From the NCBI GenBank assembly GCA_964187785.1, contig CAXLNC010001878.1:1-50000 (forward strand): DNA of 50,000 nt, read 5' to 3'. This DNA is from Amphiscolops sp. MND2022. Lineage: Eukaryota. Below are positions 20,900-33,735 of the stretch, piece by piece (positions within the stretch are counted from its first letter, which is position 1; the number at the start of each line of letters is the position of its first letter). The position numbers and the translations under genes were made by a program. The notes under the pieces are model-generated. The model was not told the DNA's origin, did no database searches, and saw nothing but the letters and a program-made list of their open reading frames with translations.

Positions 20900-22750
20900 A
20901 TATCAGTTTGAAACAAACAACGAGTGAAGACCAGTGACCAGTGATCTGAGTGACGAGAAGGGAAAAAAGTTAGCAGTGGCGGAAGTGAAGTTAGCATTGT
21001 CAGATGTGAACTCAGCGAGAGGAGTGGTGGCTGAGGGAAGTCATCTGAAGCTGTCGTGGTGGCTGAACTGAAGTCATCTGAAGATGTGGCGCATGAAATG
21101 AAGTCATCTGAAAGTGGTATGGCGGCTGAGGTGAAGTGATCGGAAGTTGCGGCTGAAGTGAAATCACCTGGAAACCAATGGTGGATGGTTGGTTATTTCG
21201 AGTAATATGAATGATGGGGAACAGGCTGTGCAGGGTGTTTGGTAAAGTTACTTTGTTCTAGGACTTGGAAAAATCCAAATTCTTGCAGGAGGATATTAAA
21301 AGCATCAACAGCTTCGTGGAGAGCATGGAGAAAATTAAAGTTGTTTTGTTCAAAGGAGGCGCTCGAAAGGAAATATTTGCAATAAGATATTTGCAACACA
21401 ATAAGAAAGTGTTGAACATAATTTTGAAAAATGCTTCCCGAGTAGAAACTGTGATATGACCATGACTTATCTGTGAAAAAAGTTACATGTGAAGCGGATA
21501 GAAATGTACCAGAAGGTAGCGTAAAAAATTGGTTCACCTGAGGAGTTTTGAAGAGAATGAGAAGACTTAAAAAGTGTGTTCAGATTTTCGAGTGTTGCTT
21601 GAACTGCTTTTGATGATTGTGACATTCGTTGAGCGTCAATATCTAAAGATTGTAGGTTTTTTGTGCGATCTTAGCGTATCTTATGCGTATGTGTGTGAGA
21701 GTTGTGAGTCAAGACTCTGTAGGACTTTTTGGATAGGTCAAGTTTGTAAATGATATCACGAAGAGTTAGTGAACTGAGAGCATTGATGAACTTGTCAGTG
21801 GTGGCGATTCGTGTTTGAAGGTGGTGTTGTGTAGGGAATTGTTCAGAATGTTGTGACTGTTTGTGATCAGATGTTTTTGATTTTTGTTCTGTTTTGGTGC
21901 CTTCTGCTTTGACCATAAAGGAAATGACTTTAGCAGAAAGAAAACGGAGTTAATTGTATTAATAAGCTTGTTTCGTCAAAGCTGTGTAATATGACATTTC
22001 TTTATCATCAACACAAGTAGACACAAGATGTTTAACGACAGTATGAGGTTGTACGATGGTTTTAGGTACATTACAAGGTCTGCAAAGTTCATCAAAGTGT
22101 ATTAGATATTCTTGTGAATTAACGAATGTTCAAGATGTATGATAGGAGACAGAAATATTGTTCCATGGGGTCTTAATTTCAAACGTAGCTTGTTATACGG
22201 GAGTGATCAATGGTGTATAATGATGTGTCTTTATAGTTGATGAAAATGTAATTTCGAGGTTTTTTGAGTTTTAGAGATATGATATACGTGAAAAGATGAT
22301 TTGCCTTTTGAGAAGTAGTTAAAAAAATCTTTTTCATCTGTTTTGAAATCGTATATTCATTGTCTGAGAAAATCAACTTGCAGCATTGTTGTCAAGCCTG
22401 TAATGATACGGAGTTTTTATTAGGAAGCGATGTTTTAAAAATTTTTGGTATTTGTCATAAGGTCTGAAAGTGTATTCAGATTGATGCATGTACAGAGAAG
22501 TGAGTTGTGTTTAAAAAGTAAAATTATCTTTATAGAGGATTGGTTTGAGATGGTCGTCTCTATGAGTTGAGATTTCATCTTTTGGAGGAATCAATGGTGG
22601 ATAGATTGGAGAAGTTAGAAAGGCTGGGTCTTTCAAGATATCATATTTTTGTGAAAGGTGGTGGTGTCGAATTCGATTAGTCAGTGGTGAAAATTTTGAG
22701 AGCTGTATCATTATTTTCGTCTGGAGATTCGGTCATGGTGTTTGTAGTTT
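20900..22750 (-). pseudogene. Remnants of additional 3' ORF(s) of Gypsy-C downstream of env
   Basis: Co-oriented ORF fragments 22511-22711, 21671-21916 and 21193-21537. The last continues in frame past one stop into a repetitive SDDF peptide. Confidence 0.45.
21000..21180 (-). repeat. Degenerate coding minisatellite (27-33 bp units, core GAAGTCATCTGA) encoding SD(D/H)F-x-SA repeats
   Basis: The minus frame reads FPGDFTSAATSDHFTSAAIPLSDDFISCATSSDDFSSATTTASDDF. Confidence 0.7.
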
Positions 22751-23581
22751 CCCTATTATTGTGTGATATACAAGTTCAAATGGACTAAAAAAGAGAAAAT
22801 GAGAATCGTTAAACAATTTTGTAGTAGAAGGATCTGAGATATTAGAAATATTTTGAGCATCAAGCTGGGATTGAAGATGGGCTGGAGTCATATTGAAACT
22901 TACTAACGAGTAGCTTCATCGTGTTTCTGGGGAGAAGGTTGTGAAAGAACACGGATTCTTGTGATAGGTTGTTTGGAACGAACAATAGAGATTTCTAGCT
23001 GAGGCTCAATTTTGAATGCGTAGTTTCACAAGTTACAAGAGCAAAGGACTTTTTGACAATTTGAGTTATGAAGAGAACAGTTAATTTTACAAGTTGAGTA
23101 CTGAAGAGAAAACAAGTTGAGTTGGACTATGAAGAGAACACAAGTCGAGTTATGAAGAGAACCAACTGTTGTTTAGTAGAAGAATGTGTGGAATGACCGA
23201 TGTTGTAAAAATGGTGGAAAGGAGTAAATGGTTTTAGAATATACTTCCATATGACTGTCAGCTTCATTATGATCAGGTGTACTGTTTATATGATAGTTGT
23301 CAGGTTTGGGATTGACACTCGAATAATGGCGTAAAGATGGTGGTGGCATAGGTGACGGTAATAGGTTCGAATTGTCAAAAGTAATAGAATTATAGGATTT
23401 GCGTCTAGGGAAGAACTTAAGATGTGTTATTTTCGACAGTTTCCGTATAGGTCGTTTGGTGTAGAACGGTGTTGGAGAAATATTCCCATTTGAATGGTGA
23501 GGATCTTCATTAAGATTTTGAGTTGCATTTTGATTGTCTAATTGGTCATCGGATCTAATGGAAGTTTGATCTAATGTGTGT

Positions 23582-23893
23582 TCAGTTGTGATTGACAAAG
23601 AAATCTTGGGAGAAATTTTTTGAAAAATCGTGCTCGTTTTTTAGAAGACGCCTTTTTAGGTGATTTTGATTGACCATTTCAGATGTGAGAAAGTTGAAAA
23701 AACCATGTGCGATAGAGCTAAGTTTTTCAATGTTTTGTTTAATACTATACTTAATGGGAATTGTTTTGTATTCTTTGATAAAGAGGTTTAGAGGTAGTTG
23801 TACAAAGAGAAACGAAGAAAAATATATTCCACATTGTTTTAGTTTGTAACTTGGGTAACCAAATAGTGATATAAAAGCTTCAGCGAACCATGT
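23582..23893 (-). pseudogene. env: Duplicated C-terminal fragment of Gypsy-C env (membrane-anchor region)
   Basis: TWFAEAFISLFGYPSYKLKQCGIYFSSFLFVQLPLNLF...; a second copy at ~26185-26488 has an extra stop. Confidence 0.7.
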
Positions 23894-25174
23894 TGTCACA
23901 GCCCGCTCCCGGACTGGCTTGTGGGTGCCGGCGAACAGGCATCGGGAAAGACATGGTTGCAGCTCGAGGTTCCAAGATGGTACTTCAACTGCTATACTCA
24001 AATTTTAATTGAATTAAACTGTGACTAAAGTGAGAATTACATGTCTATTCTGCACAAACCTTAATTGAAAATGAATACTAGAAAACTAATATAGACTAAA
24101 AAGATTTCACACATTTCCGCTAAGACGTTTACGCCACGTCGAAATGAAAACAATTTCCACGTGAAAACTAAATTCAAATGCATCTTGAAAAGGAGATCAG
24201 AGGCTAATCTAAACGAAAATTTATACGAAATCATCTCCAAGTAAGGTCATCAATCAAATCTAAAATATAAAATACATTGAGATGGTACACTAAGGGGATT
24301 ACGTCTTTCTGAGAAAAGGCAGTTTAATTGCCCTTTGAACGGTAATTAATGCAGATTAGGACGAGCGTTCGACGCTAAGTAAACAAAATTGGCCGCCGCA
24401 GCTGGTCTTACTATATTAGTGACGTCATCGATACGTCAGCAACTAGGCAGCTAGATCAAAGTATTCCAAAGTACTCGTCGGTATTACGTCGCTAACTTGG
24501 CAGCTAGCTAGAGTTTCACTCCAAATACTCGTCAGCATTTGGTCTAACTTGGCAGCTTGCCAAACTAGCTGAGAAAACTTATCAACGCTACGTCGCAAAT
24601 CGATCAAAATAGGTGTTCTTGTCCATTCCATAATAGTAACTTGAATGCAGCTTTGACGAAAAATATCAGGGAAATACGGCTTTGGATTCACGTCTAACTC
24701 TAATTAGTATATAGTGCGAGCTCATAGAATACATTTAGTATCAGCCAAACAAAATTGTTGATGATTTGAATGCGAAGCTAGGGACTTAGTAAATTTCGAC
24801 CTAAAGAAAAGTTCCAGTATTCACTGAAAGTCACAGTTTAGGTATATGAGGAAAAGAAATAACAGTTTCCTTTGATACTGGAAGATTTTGTAAATGTGAT
24901 ATTTCTCTTTCATTAAAATAGCCAAATTGTGGAGCTGTTTGCAATCGGATTGGTGTTGTCATGTCGACAACAAATGAAACTTAAGCTTGGACTAAATTTA
25001 GCGTTTGTGGTATTTTTTTACTGGTATGCAGTACCTGTTATCGAAACATCGGTCTCAAAGAATATACATCACTTCGCATATTGTTGCTGTTGAACTGTCG
25101 CTGATATAGATTAATACCATACATGTTAAAATTGGTTATCGTTAATAACCCGTTGCTACTTAAATTTGTTACTC
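23894..25174 (+). repeat. Truncated extra copy of the Gypsy-B LTR (5' 1.28 kb) made by the tandem duplication
   Basis: Starts TGTCACAGCCCGCTCCCGGACTGG after CATGT, as at 26489 and 38365, and ends at the duplication breakpoint. Confidence 0.9.
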
Positions 25175-26488
25175 CTTTTGGAGGAATCAATGGTGGATAG
25201 ATTGGAGAAGTTAGAAAGGCTAGGTCATTCAAGATATACACTTTTGTGAAAGGTGGTGGTGTCGAATTCGATTAGTCAATGGTGTAAGTTTTGAGAGCTG
25301 TATCATTATTTTCTTCTGGAGATTCGGCCATGGTGTTTGTAGTTTCCCTATTATTGTGTGATATACAAGTTCAAATGGACTAAAAAAGAGAAAATGAGAA
25401 TCGTTAAACAATTTTGTAGTAGAAGGATCTGAGATTTTAAAAACATTTTGAGCATCAAGTTGGGATTGAAGATGGGCTGGAGTCATATTGAAACTTACTA
25501 ACGACTAGCTTCATCGTGTTTTTGGGGAGAAGGTTGTGAAAGAACACAGTTTCTTGTGGTAGGTTGTTTGGAACGAACAATAGAGCTTTCTAGCTGTGGC
25601 TCAAATTTGAATCCGTAGTTTCTCAAGGTACAAGAGCAAAGGAATTTTGACAATTTGAGTTATGAAGAGAACAGTTAATTTTACAAGTCGAGTACTGAAG
25701 AGAAAACAAGTTGAGTTGGACTATGAAGAGAACACAAGTCGAGTTATGAAGAGAACCAACTGTTGTTTAGTAGAAGAATGTGTGGAATGACCGATGTTGT
25801 AAAAATGGTGGAAAGGAGTAAATGGTTTTAGAATATACCTCCATATGACTGTCAGCTTCATTATGATCAGGTGTACTGTTTATATGATAGTTGACAGGTT
25901 TGGGATTGACACTCGAAGAATGGCGTGAAGATGGTGGTGGTATAGGTGACAGTAATAGGTTCGAATTTCAAAAGTAATAGAGTTATAGGATTTGCGTTTA
26001 GGGAAGAACTTAAGATGTGTTATTTTCGACAGTTTCCGTATAGGTCGTTTGGTGTAGAACGGTGTTGGAGATATATTCCCATTTGAATGGTGAGGATCTT
26101 CATTAGGATTTTGAGTTGGATTTTGATTGTCTAATTGGTCATCGGATCTAATAGAAGTTTGCTCTAATGTGTGTTCAGTGGTGATTGACAAAGAAATCTT
26201 GGGAGAAATTTTTTGAGAAAATCGTGCTCGTTTTTTAGAAGACGCGTTTTTAGGTGATTTTGATTGACCATTTCAGTTGTGAGAAAGTTGAAAAAAACCA
26301 TGTGCGATAGAGCTAAGTTTTTCAATGTTTTGTTTAATACTATACTTAATGGGAATTGTTTTGTATTCTTTGATAAAGAGGTTTAGAGGTGGTTGTACAA
26401 AGAGAAACGAAGAAAACTATATTCCACATTGTTTTAGTTTGTAACTTGGGTAACCAAATAGTGATATAAAAGCTTCAGCGAACCATGT

Positions 26489-28783
26489 TGTCACAGCCCA
26501 TTCCCATCCTGGCTTGTGGGTGCCGGCGAACAGGCATCGGGAAAGACATGGTTGCGGCTCGAGGTTCCAAGATGGTACTTCAACTGCTATACTCAAATTT
26601 TAATTGAATTAAACTGTGACGAAAGTGAGAATTACATGTCTACTTTGCACAAACCCTAATTGAAAATGAATACTAGAAAACTAAAATAGACTAAAATGAT
26701 TTCACACATTTCCGCTAATACGTTTACGCCATGTCGAAATGAAAACATTTTCCACGTGAAAACTAAATTCAAATGCATCTTGAAAAGTAGATCAGAGGCT
26801 AATCTAAACGAAAATTTATACGAAATCATCTCTAAGTAAGGTCATCAATCAAATCTAAAATATAAAATACATTGAGATGGTACACTAAGGGGATTACGTC
26901 TTTCTGGGAAAAGGCAGTTTAATTGCCCTTTGAACGGCAATTAATGCAGATTAGGACGAGCGTTTGACGCTAAGTAAACAAATATGGCCGCCGCAGCTGG
27001 TCTTACTATATTAGTGACGTCATCGATACGTCAGCAATTAGGCAGCTAGATCAAAGCATTCCAAAGTACTCGTCGGTATTACGTCGCTAACTTGGCAGCT
27101 AGCTAGAGTTTCACTCCAAATACTCGTCAGCATCTGGTCTAACCTGGCAGCTTACCAAGCTAGCTAAGAAAACTTATCAACACTACGTCGCAAATTGATG
27201 GGGGTGTTCTTGTCACAAAATAGGTGTTCTTGTCGATTCCATAATAGTAAACTGAATGCAGCTTTGACGAAAAATATCAGGGAAGTACGGCTTTGGATTC
27301 ACGTCAAACTTTAACTAGTATATAGTGGGAGCTCATAGAATACATTTACTATCAGCCAAACAAAAGTGTTGATGATTTGAATGCGAAGCTAGGGACTTCG
27401 TAAATTTCGACCAAATGAAAAGTTCCAGTATTCACTGAAAGTCACAGTTTAGGTATATGAGGAAAAGAAATAACAGTTTCCTTTGATACTGGAAGATTTT
27501 GTAAATGTGATATTTCTCTTTCATTGAAATAGCCAAATTGTGGAGCTGTTTGCAACCGGATTGGTGTTGTCATGTCGACAACAAATGGAACTTAAGCTTT
27601 TACTGGTATGCAGTACCTGTTATCGAATCATCGGTCTCAAAGAATATTCATTATTTCGCATATTGTTGCTGTTGAACTGTCGTTGATTTAGATTAATACC
27701 AAACATGTAAAATTGGTTATCGTTAATAACGCGTTGCTACTTAAATTTGTTACTCAAATTTATCTTTAAAACAAATTGATGTTGATGTATCGTCAAATAT
27801 TATTTGATTAAAGTGTTAGTAGGTGTGAGTAATGACTTAAACTATATAACTAAGCGCGTGCATAGATTAATCAGCATTTCTAATCCTCTAGCATCTCTAA
27901 ACATTAGTCATCATTTTTCTTCAAACTAAAATTGAAAATCAGGTAATAATTGTTCACGTCAGCGTCATCCCAGCGTCAATTTCAGTAAAACAGGGAATTA
28001 TTTCCGGTTTGATAGACTGAAGTAAAATCTACTTACTGTTTGGGAGGAAACAAAAGGACGCCGGAGTGAAATGGTAAGATAAAGTTTGATGACTAATACC
28101 GGATCAGAATTTTCGTGACCTAAACGTTGACGAAATGTCGACGCAAATTGATGATCATGATGATTTTCAACCCAAAATACAGGATATGAATAATTAATCA
28201 TAGAAATTTGAGGATTCATTCGTGATCAAATGATGCTAGCAGGGTAAAAATACGGTGTATCTCGGAAACTGAAGGACTCAGTCTACTGTTTTGATAAAGT
28301 GCAGTTGATATGTATTTCTCGCTTTATAACTTTGTCTCATGTAGTGAAAACGAATAATCAAAAGTTAATTGAAAAATACAAAACTGAAACTTTTTCATCA
28401 AGAAGTCAACAACAAGAAGTCAGAAAAGGAGAAAGAATATCCAGAAAAGCACCGAGATTGTAAGTGAATGTTTAATACCGCCAGTTGTGGTAGAAAACTC
28501 GGAGATTCTAGATCAAGCTGCATTAACGCTACGGGGCCTTGTAGTGTTAAAGACCACAGGATTGAAATAAGCGTATGAGAAAGTTGCGAGCTTCTTTGAG
28601 AGAAACCCTTCTGATAGAATCACAAAGAGAGACGCTGAAGCTGTTAAAGCTCAAAACAGGAGAGAATGTAAGAGAAGAAGATGAAAACGACTTAGAAAAT
28701 GAAACCAGAAGTTTTTATTCTCCGACAAAAATCAGTATGGGATAACTCTACCCATAATAAGGACCCGTGTACAAGTCGTAACA
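26489..28783 (+). repeat. Gypsy-B 5' LTR (~2.3 kb)
   Basis: TGTCACAG...AAGTCGTAACA, followed directly by the PBS; collinear with 38365-40476 but clearly more diverged than the Gypsy-A LTR pair. Confidence 0.9.
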
Positions 28784-29700
28784 TGGTGACAGGAAGTTTA
28801 AACGACTCCACAAAGAACGAGAGCAAAAATAAGATCACAGAGCCAGCCAGCGTCTAAAGAACGTCCCATAGCAGCTAGGGCACTTTTCGCGCCAGACAAA
28901 AACGACTGAACTACGCTGCCAATGCCAAAAGCCCTAACAGCGTCACTCCCAACTTTTGATGGAAAATCCGAAAAAGTTGAACAATTTGAGGATCTTTTCC
29001 GTAACAATATGAAAATGTATCCACATCTCACGGAATTTTGAAAAACAAACTACTTTCAATCCCTACTCCCTGGCGATGCTCTGCAAGCGTTCTGCAATAT
29101 AAAAGACTCTAATAACGATGACTTTCAAACGCCGTTTTGGAGACTATATTTCAATGGAAAAAGCGAAACGTGAGTTCCTAGAAATACTCCAAAAAACAGC
29201 AAAAGGTTTTGTGGCAGAAGCCCAGCAGTTCATCGATAAGGCTATATAAGCAAAAGTGCCCGATCACGTCAAGAAAAAACTTAATAGGACATATCTTGAA
29301 GACAAACCATACAATGACATAGTGCTCCATCTGGAGAGAGAAATGCGCCTCAACGGTCTCGGAACGCCAACGAGGTCACGTTCGTCCCCTTAAACAAGAT
29401 TGAGGCAACCCAGCCCCAAGCCGAAGTAAAACAGCCAGAAACAGAACCCAAAACACCAAAAAGGGGTTTTGTTTCTACTGCAATATGTTTGGCCACTTCA
29501 AAGCGGAAAGCCACAAAGTTAAAAGTGACGAATGACATCAAAACCGGAAAAGCAACGGCGAAGCTAACTCTGGCACATGCAACGCGCTTAAATGTGACAC
29601 TTGCGGCAAAGCTCATAAAACGGAAGATTGTTGGAATGGAGCCAACGCCGCAAACGATCGCGACCCTAACGTCATAACCATCAAGAACAAAAAACGGACC
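28390..29700 (+). pseudogene. gag: Gypsy-B gag remnant, starting inside the LTR
   Basis: Fragments PKALTASLPTFDGKSEKVEQFEDLF, LEREMRLNGL, CFYCNMFGHFKAES and CDTCGKAHKTEDCWNGAN match Gypsy-A Gag. AAAAAAC at 29689-29695. Confidence 0.85.
28784..28796 (+). promoter_or_regulatory. Gypsy-B primer-binding site TGGTGACAGGAAG
   Basis: Follows the LTR terminal CA; the first 11 nt are identical to the Gypsy-A PBS. Confidence 0.8.
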
Positions 29701-32700
29701 ACTCCGTTCAATCTACGACAGCCAAAACTGTCGAAGAATCAAAAAAACTAAATACGCAGCGCCTGCGCTCCGGGGAAACAAAACACGCGAGGGCGTATTC
29801 AGTAGAAGATCCCCACCACTGTATGCAACTACAATTTAACAACGAACTGAAATGAAAACCCAACAGAGGACTGGCTAAGACGTCAGGCAATCGCAACAAT
29901 GAAAAGACATAATGCCAAAAACGAACAATAACGAGAATACCCAGAATGGATCAAAGAAACCGACGATTAATACATGACAACCAGAAGACAGCTCCCAGAA
30001 TCAAATCAAGAATGTGTCTACGTCTTTGACAAAAACTACAGATGCGACCCCTGGGATTGGCCAGATCTGTATGACCAGTCCTCCCTTACCGTCAAAGTCC
30101 AACCCATTGCTCCCACTGTGGATCAAATTGAAAACGCCCACAACGAGCAACCTACGTCACAACCGCCCAAGAAAGATACTAATGGCTCTAATAGATTACC
30201 TATCATGCCAGATGACTCCCTCGTGTCACTCAACTCCAACACAACGAATACGTAACTGAAAACGACGGAGAAGCATACATACCCCTACACTCAATCATAC
30301 TTCTCAAAAAACGAAGAAGAACGATGTACTTTCCACTTGAAGTTGGCGAAATAACTATGGACGGATTTGTCGACTAAGGAGCGTTCATCAACACAAAGTC
30401 ATTGTCTGACTACAACATAATCAAGATGAACAGCGACAGCTGCGTCATCAAGGGATACCCTCAACCATCCTTCAAAATTGAATACGCAAAAGCCCAAATG
30501 GAACAACCTATAGCCACAGCAGATGTCCAATTCAACATCGGGACCTACACATTCACTTACACATTTGTCATCATCTCAAAGACGCACTTCCCCATAATCT
30601 GACTACTCATGAGAAACCACAAGTAGTGACTGACAGAGCAAACGGAACCATCAATTTTTCCCACGTCCAGATGACGTTAGCAATGATGGATGCAATGAAA
30701 CACTGCGACCTAAAACTGCTACAAAAACTATCACCAGGGAACCAAACACTGCCGCCTCAAAAAACAACAACAATGAATGCAGTGGTAACCACTACTAACA
30801 CAAATGACATCACAGGAGCGATACAGCCATTACCATAATTCGACGAAACAGCCACCATCATCGTCGCCCCAGCGCTGGCAACAGCCCACAACAAACGAAT
30901 CAATATCTGAATGGCCTATCTGACAGATTTCCCATACACTGTCAAGAACCATACGAAACTGGCTGAACTCTGGCTATAAAACTACTCCAAGATCTGGATG
31001 ATACTCACATGTACGTCAATGAGCTCATGAAGTCCAACGAAAACGAACAAAACGACAAAAGTTTCTGATTCCACACTCCAAAAAACCCAAAGAACGAAGA
31101 GGAACATACGCCCATACAATGACGGAAACTAAAAGAGATCCGTGAACTTAATAAGAAAGAAGAGTTAGATCCAACCAAAGACGCAGAATTAAGAACGACT
31201 TTCCTTGACATGTTCCAATGGGAAGGACCACAGAACAAAGGGGATGATAGAAAACAGCTGGAACAAACAATAGTAGAATATAATGACAACTTTGCGCGTC
31301 ATCGACTCGAAATCGGCAAAAACAACAACTTCAAAGTAAAACTGACACCAAAATATGAACGTCCAATCTACACTCAGAGTCTACCGGTACCAATCAACTT
31401 GAAAGAAGATCCACCAGTCGAATTAGCGTTGATGCACCGATATGGCATAACAACATTTCTACCGTTCTCAAAATACGCAAGCCCGATTTTCGCACAACGC
31501 AAACCAAATGGCAAAATGCGTCTACTTGTTGACCTGCAGAAATTAAACGCGGGTATCTCGGATGATTACACTAAAGAAATCATCCAGTCAGCACCTTGTC
31601 GAACGCAGCTCAACACATAGCTGTCAAAAAACTTTTAGGCAAACTAGACTATTCTCAGGCATATTATTGCCTGTAAATGGCAGACCAAAGATCGATAGAA
31701 ATGCTAGCCTTCAATTTTGAAGCAGGACCTTCGCGGACAAACGCCCAGCCCAAAGCCTGAGCAGAGCATTATCAGCTTTCTCCGGTTTCATGAGAGAACA
31801 CTTTGACAAAGTAATTAAAGCCGACAAGTGCGCACAAAATGTCGCCGACATTGGAATAGCTGCCAATTCAGTGGCGAAATTGATACGTAATTTACGCGCA
31901 GAATTCGACTGCATCAAGAAAGCGGGATTCAAACTAATCGTCGAAAAATGTCATTTCGGAGTCACAGAAGTCGAATTCTTAGGCAGAACAATCACGCCTG
32001 AAGGAGTAGCTCACAAAATTCAAAATTTCCTCACCAACGTGAGATTCCCCAAATAGAAAAAGCATGACCAAAGATACATCAGATTTGTCGACTATTACCG
32101 CAACTACATCCCGCGCCTATCCGAGAAATTACTCGGATTCTATGAGCTCCTGAAAGCGGACAAACAAATTAAAATAACAGTAGAACTGCTTGACAACAAC
32201 AAAGCAATGAGCGCAAAGCTAGCGAAAGCGTGAGGCTTGGCTCTCAAACAACCAATCACTGAACGACAATACGTCCTAATGACGGACGCCAGCTTTTGGG
32301 CCTCTGGCTATGCACTAATGATAGAACGAGAAAAAATTGAACTCGAAAAAGCAAACGTTCGCACTAGTCGCATTCGGATCAAATATGTTCTCGCCCGCAG
32401 ACCTGAAAATCTCAACTTACTGCAAGGCGTTTTTGACAAGTTACCACGCATTTTTAGAATATAGCCATATCTTGTGGGAAACAACTCTGCCAACGCTTGT
32501 AATGACTGTTAGCAGATCGGTGACTGACGAGGTTGCGTACAACACTATGGATTGCGTGCGTTTATGTTCTGCTAATCAATTTTCATATATTGCACGTAGC
32601 AGGGACGCAGAGTACAGCAGCTGACGTAGAAGGTCAAACCAGAGTGGAAAACTACGCCTAATTCGGACATAGCAGAACAACAACAAAAGCAAATTGACGA

Positions 32701-33400
32701 AGTGCGTGCGACAGCAAAGGACAACATCATGCTGTCTTACCTCAAATACAAGAAATCTTACGACCGCAAGGCGTCCGCAGCGCCGCTCAAGATAAATGAC
32801 AAAGGCTATATCCTCAACCCGAAAGCCCACAACCAGTTGACAAAATTTGCTTTTCAATATTGCATATGGACGGGACCGTGCATAGTAATAAAGGTACTAT
32901 CAAATACTAATTACACGACCCGGAAAATTTGGACAAGGTACACGCAAACTCAACTCTACACAGTATACGAATACGCCCATATGTACCAGAACAACGCATA
33001 CCCGGCGTCACAGTAAGGACAAATGAATATTTGCCAGATCCAGACGTCAAAGTATCACACATCAAATGGTATGAAGTGTCATGGGAAATGGACTTCGGAA
33101 GACAAATTGACGAAAGTACCACGAAGGAAGCGACTCATCCAATTGACGAAGCCGAAATGCAAGAAGTAACAGAAAAACAAACTGAAATCACGGGCAACGC
33201 TGAACCTCCGTCATCAGACTTTTCAAACCTTACCACTGACGTGGGGGATAATCCCTACATACGGACCCCCTCCTTTTGAAAATCCATTTTTCCCCAAAAT
33301 CACTGCCTACAGATGTCGGACATGATTCGCGCAAGGTAGCAAAAAACTCTCTGCGACCTAATCCTAAACCTAATGCTGACCCTGACTTTAGACGAACTGA
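29700..33400 (+). pseudogene. pol: Gypsy-B pol remnant (PR, RT, RH, IN C-terminus; integrase core deleted)
   Basis: GFVD*GA (PR), LLVDLQKLN, GKLDYSQAY, NVADIGIA (decayed YVDD), YVLMTDAS, then a jump near 32620 to IWTGP...HSIRIRPY. Confidence 0.9.
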
Positions 33401-33529
33401 CGCGATGACTAGGACTCACTAAAAGGAAAACCATTATCATGAGTCCAGACCGAACCGATCTGACCACTTTTGCAATTCAGTCTTACTTCGGCCCAGGAGT
33501 TTTGTATTTTAACTTCAAGTTCTAATTTG

Positions 33530-33630
33530 TTGTTGGAAATCATCAGAGTAAAGGTCAAGAGGAATCGTAAAGCAGTGAAGTTCACTGCTTTACGACTCCT
33601 CCTCACCTTTACTCTGATGATTTCCAACAA
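33530..33630. repeat. 101-bp near-perfect palindrome (50-bp arms, 1-nt loop, 3 mismatches)
   Basis: TTGTTGGAAATCATCAGAGTAAAGGT..TCGTAAAGCAGTGAA-G-TTCACTGCTTTACGA..ACCTTTACTCTGATGATTTCCAACAA. Confidence 0.95.
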
Positions 33631-33735
33631 GAACTTCTCATTTACATACAAAACACTCATTTGCCCATGAGGACACCAAATCACTAATAAACTACATAAC
33701 AAACAAACATATGAAAGTTCAATACAGCGGGAAAG

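Larger units (their letters stand above)
22579..27755. repeat. Head-to-tail tandem duplication of ~2.6 kb (22579-25174 and 25175-27755)
   Basis: Both units start CTTTTGGAGGAATCAATGG and end AAATTTGTTACTC. Each contains the env tail and the left junction of the Gypsy-B LTR; scattered substitutions. Confidence 0.93.

Noticed and set aside
21000-21180. CRISPR-like array
   Set aside because: Units are degenerate and contiguous with no unique spacers; eukaryotic context and no cas genes.
33409-33702. Pair of similar ORFs on opposite strands
   Set aside because: A direct artefact of the 101-bp palindrome.
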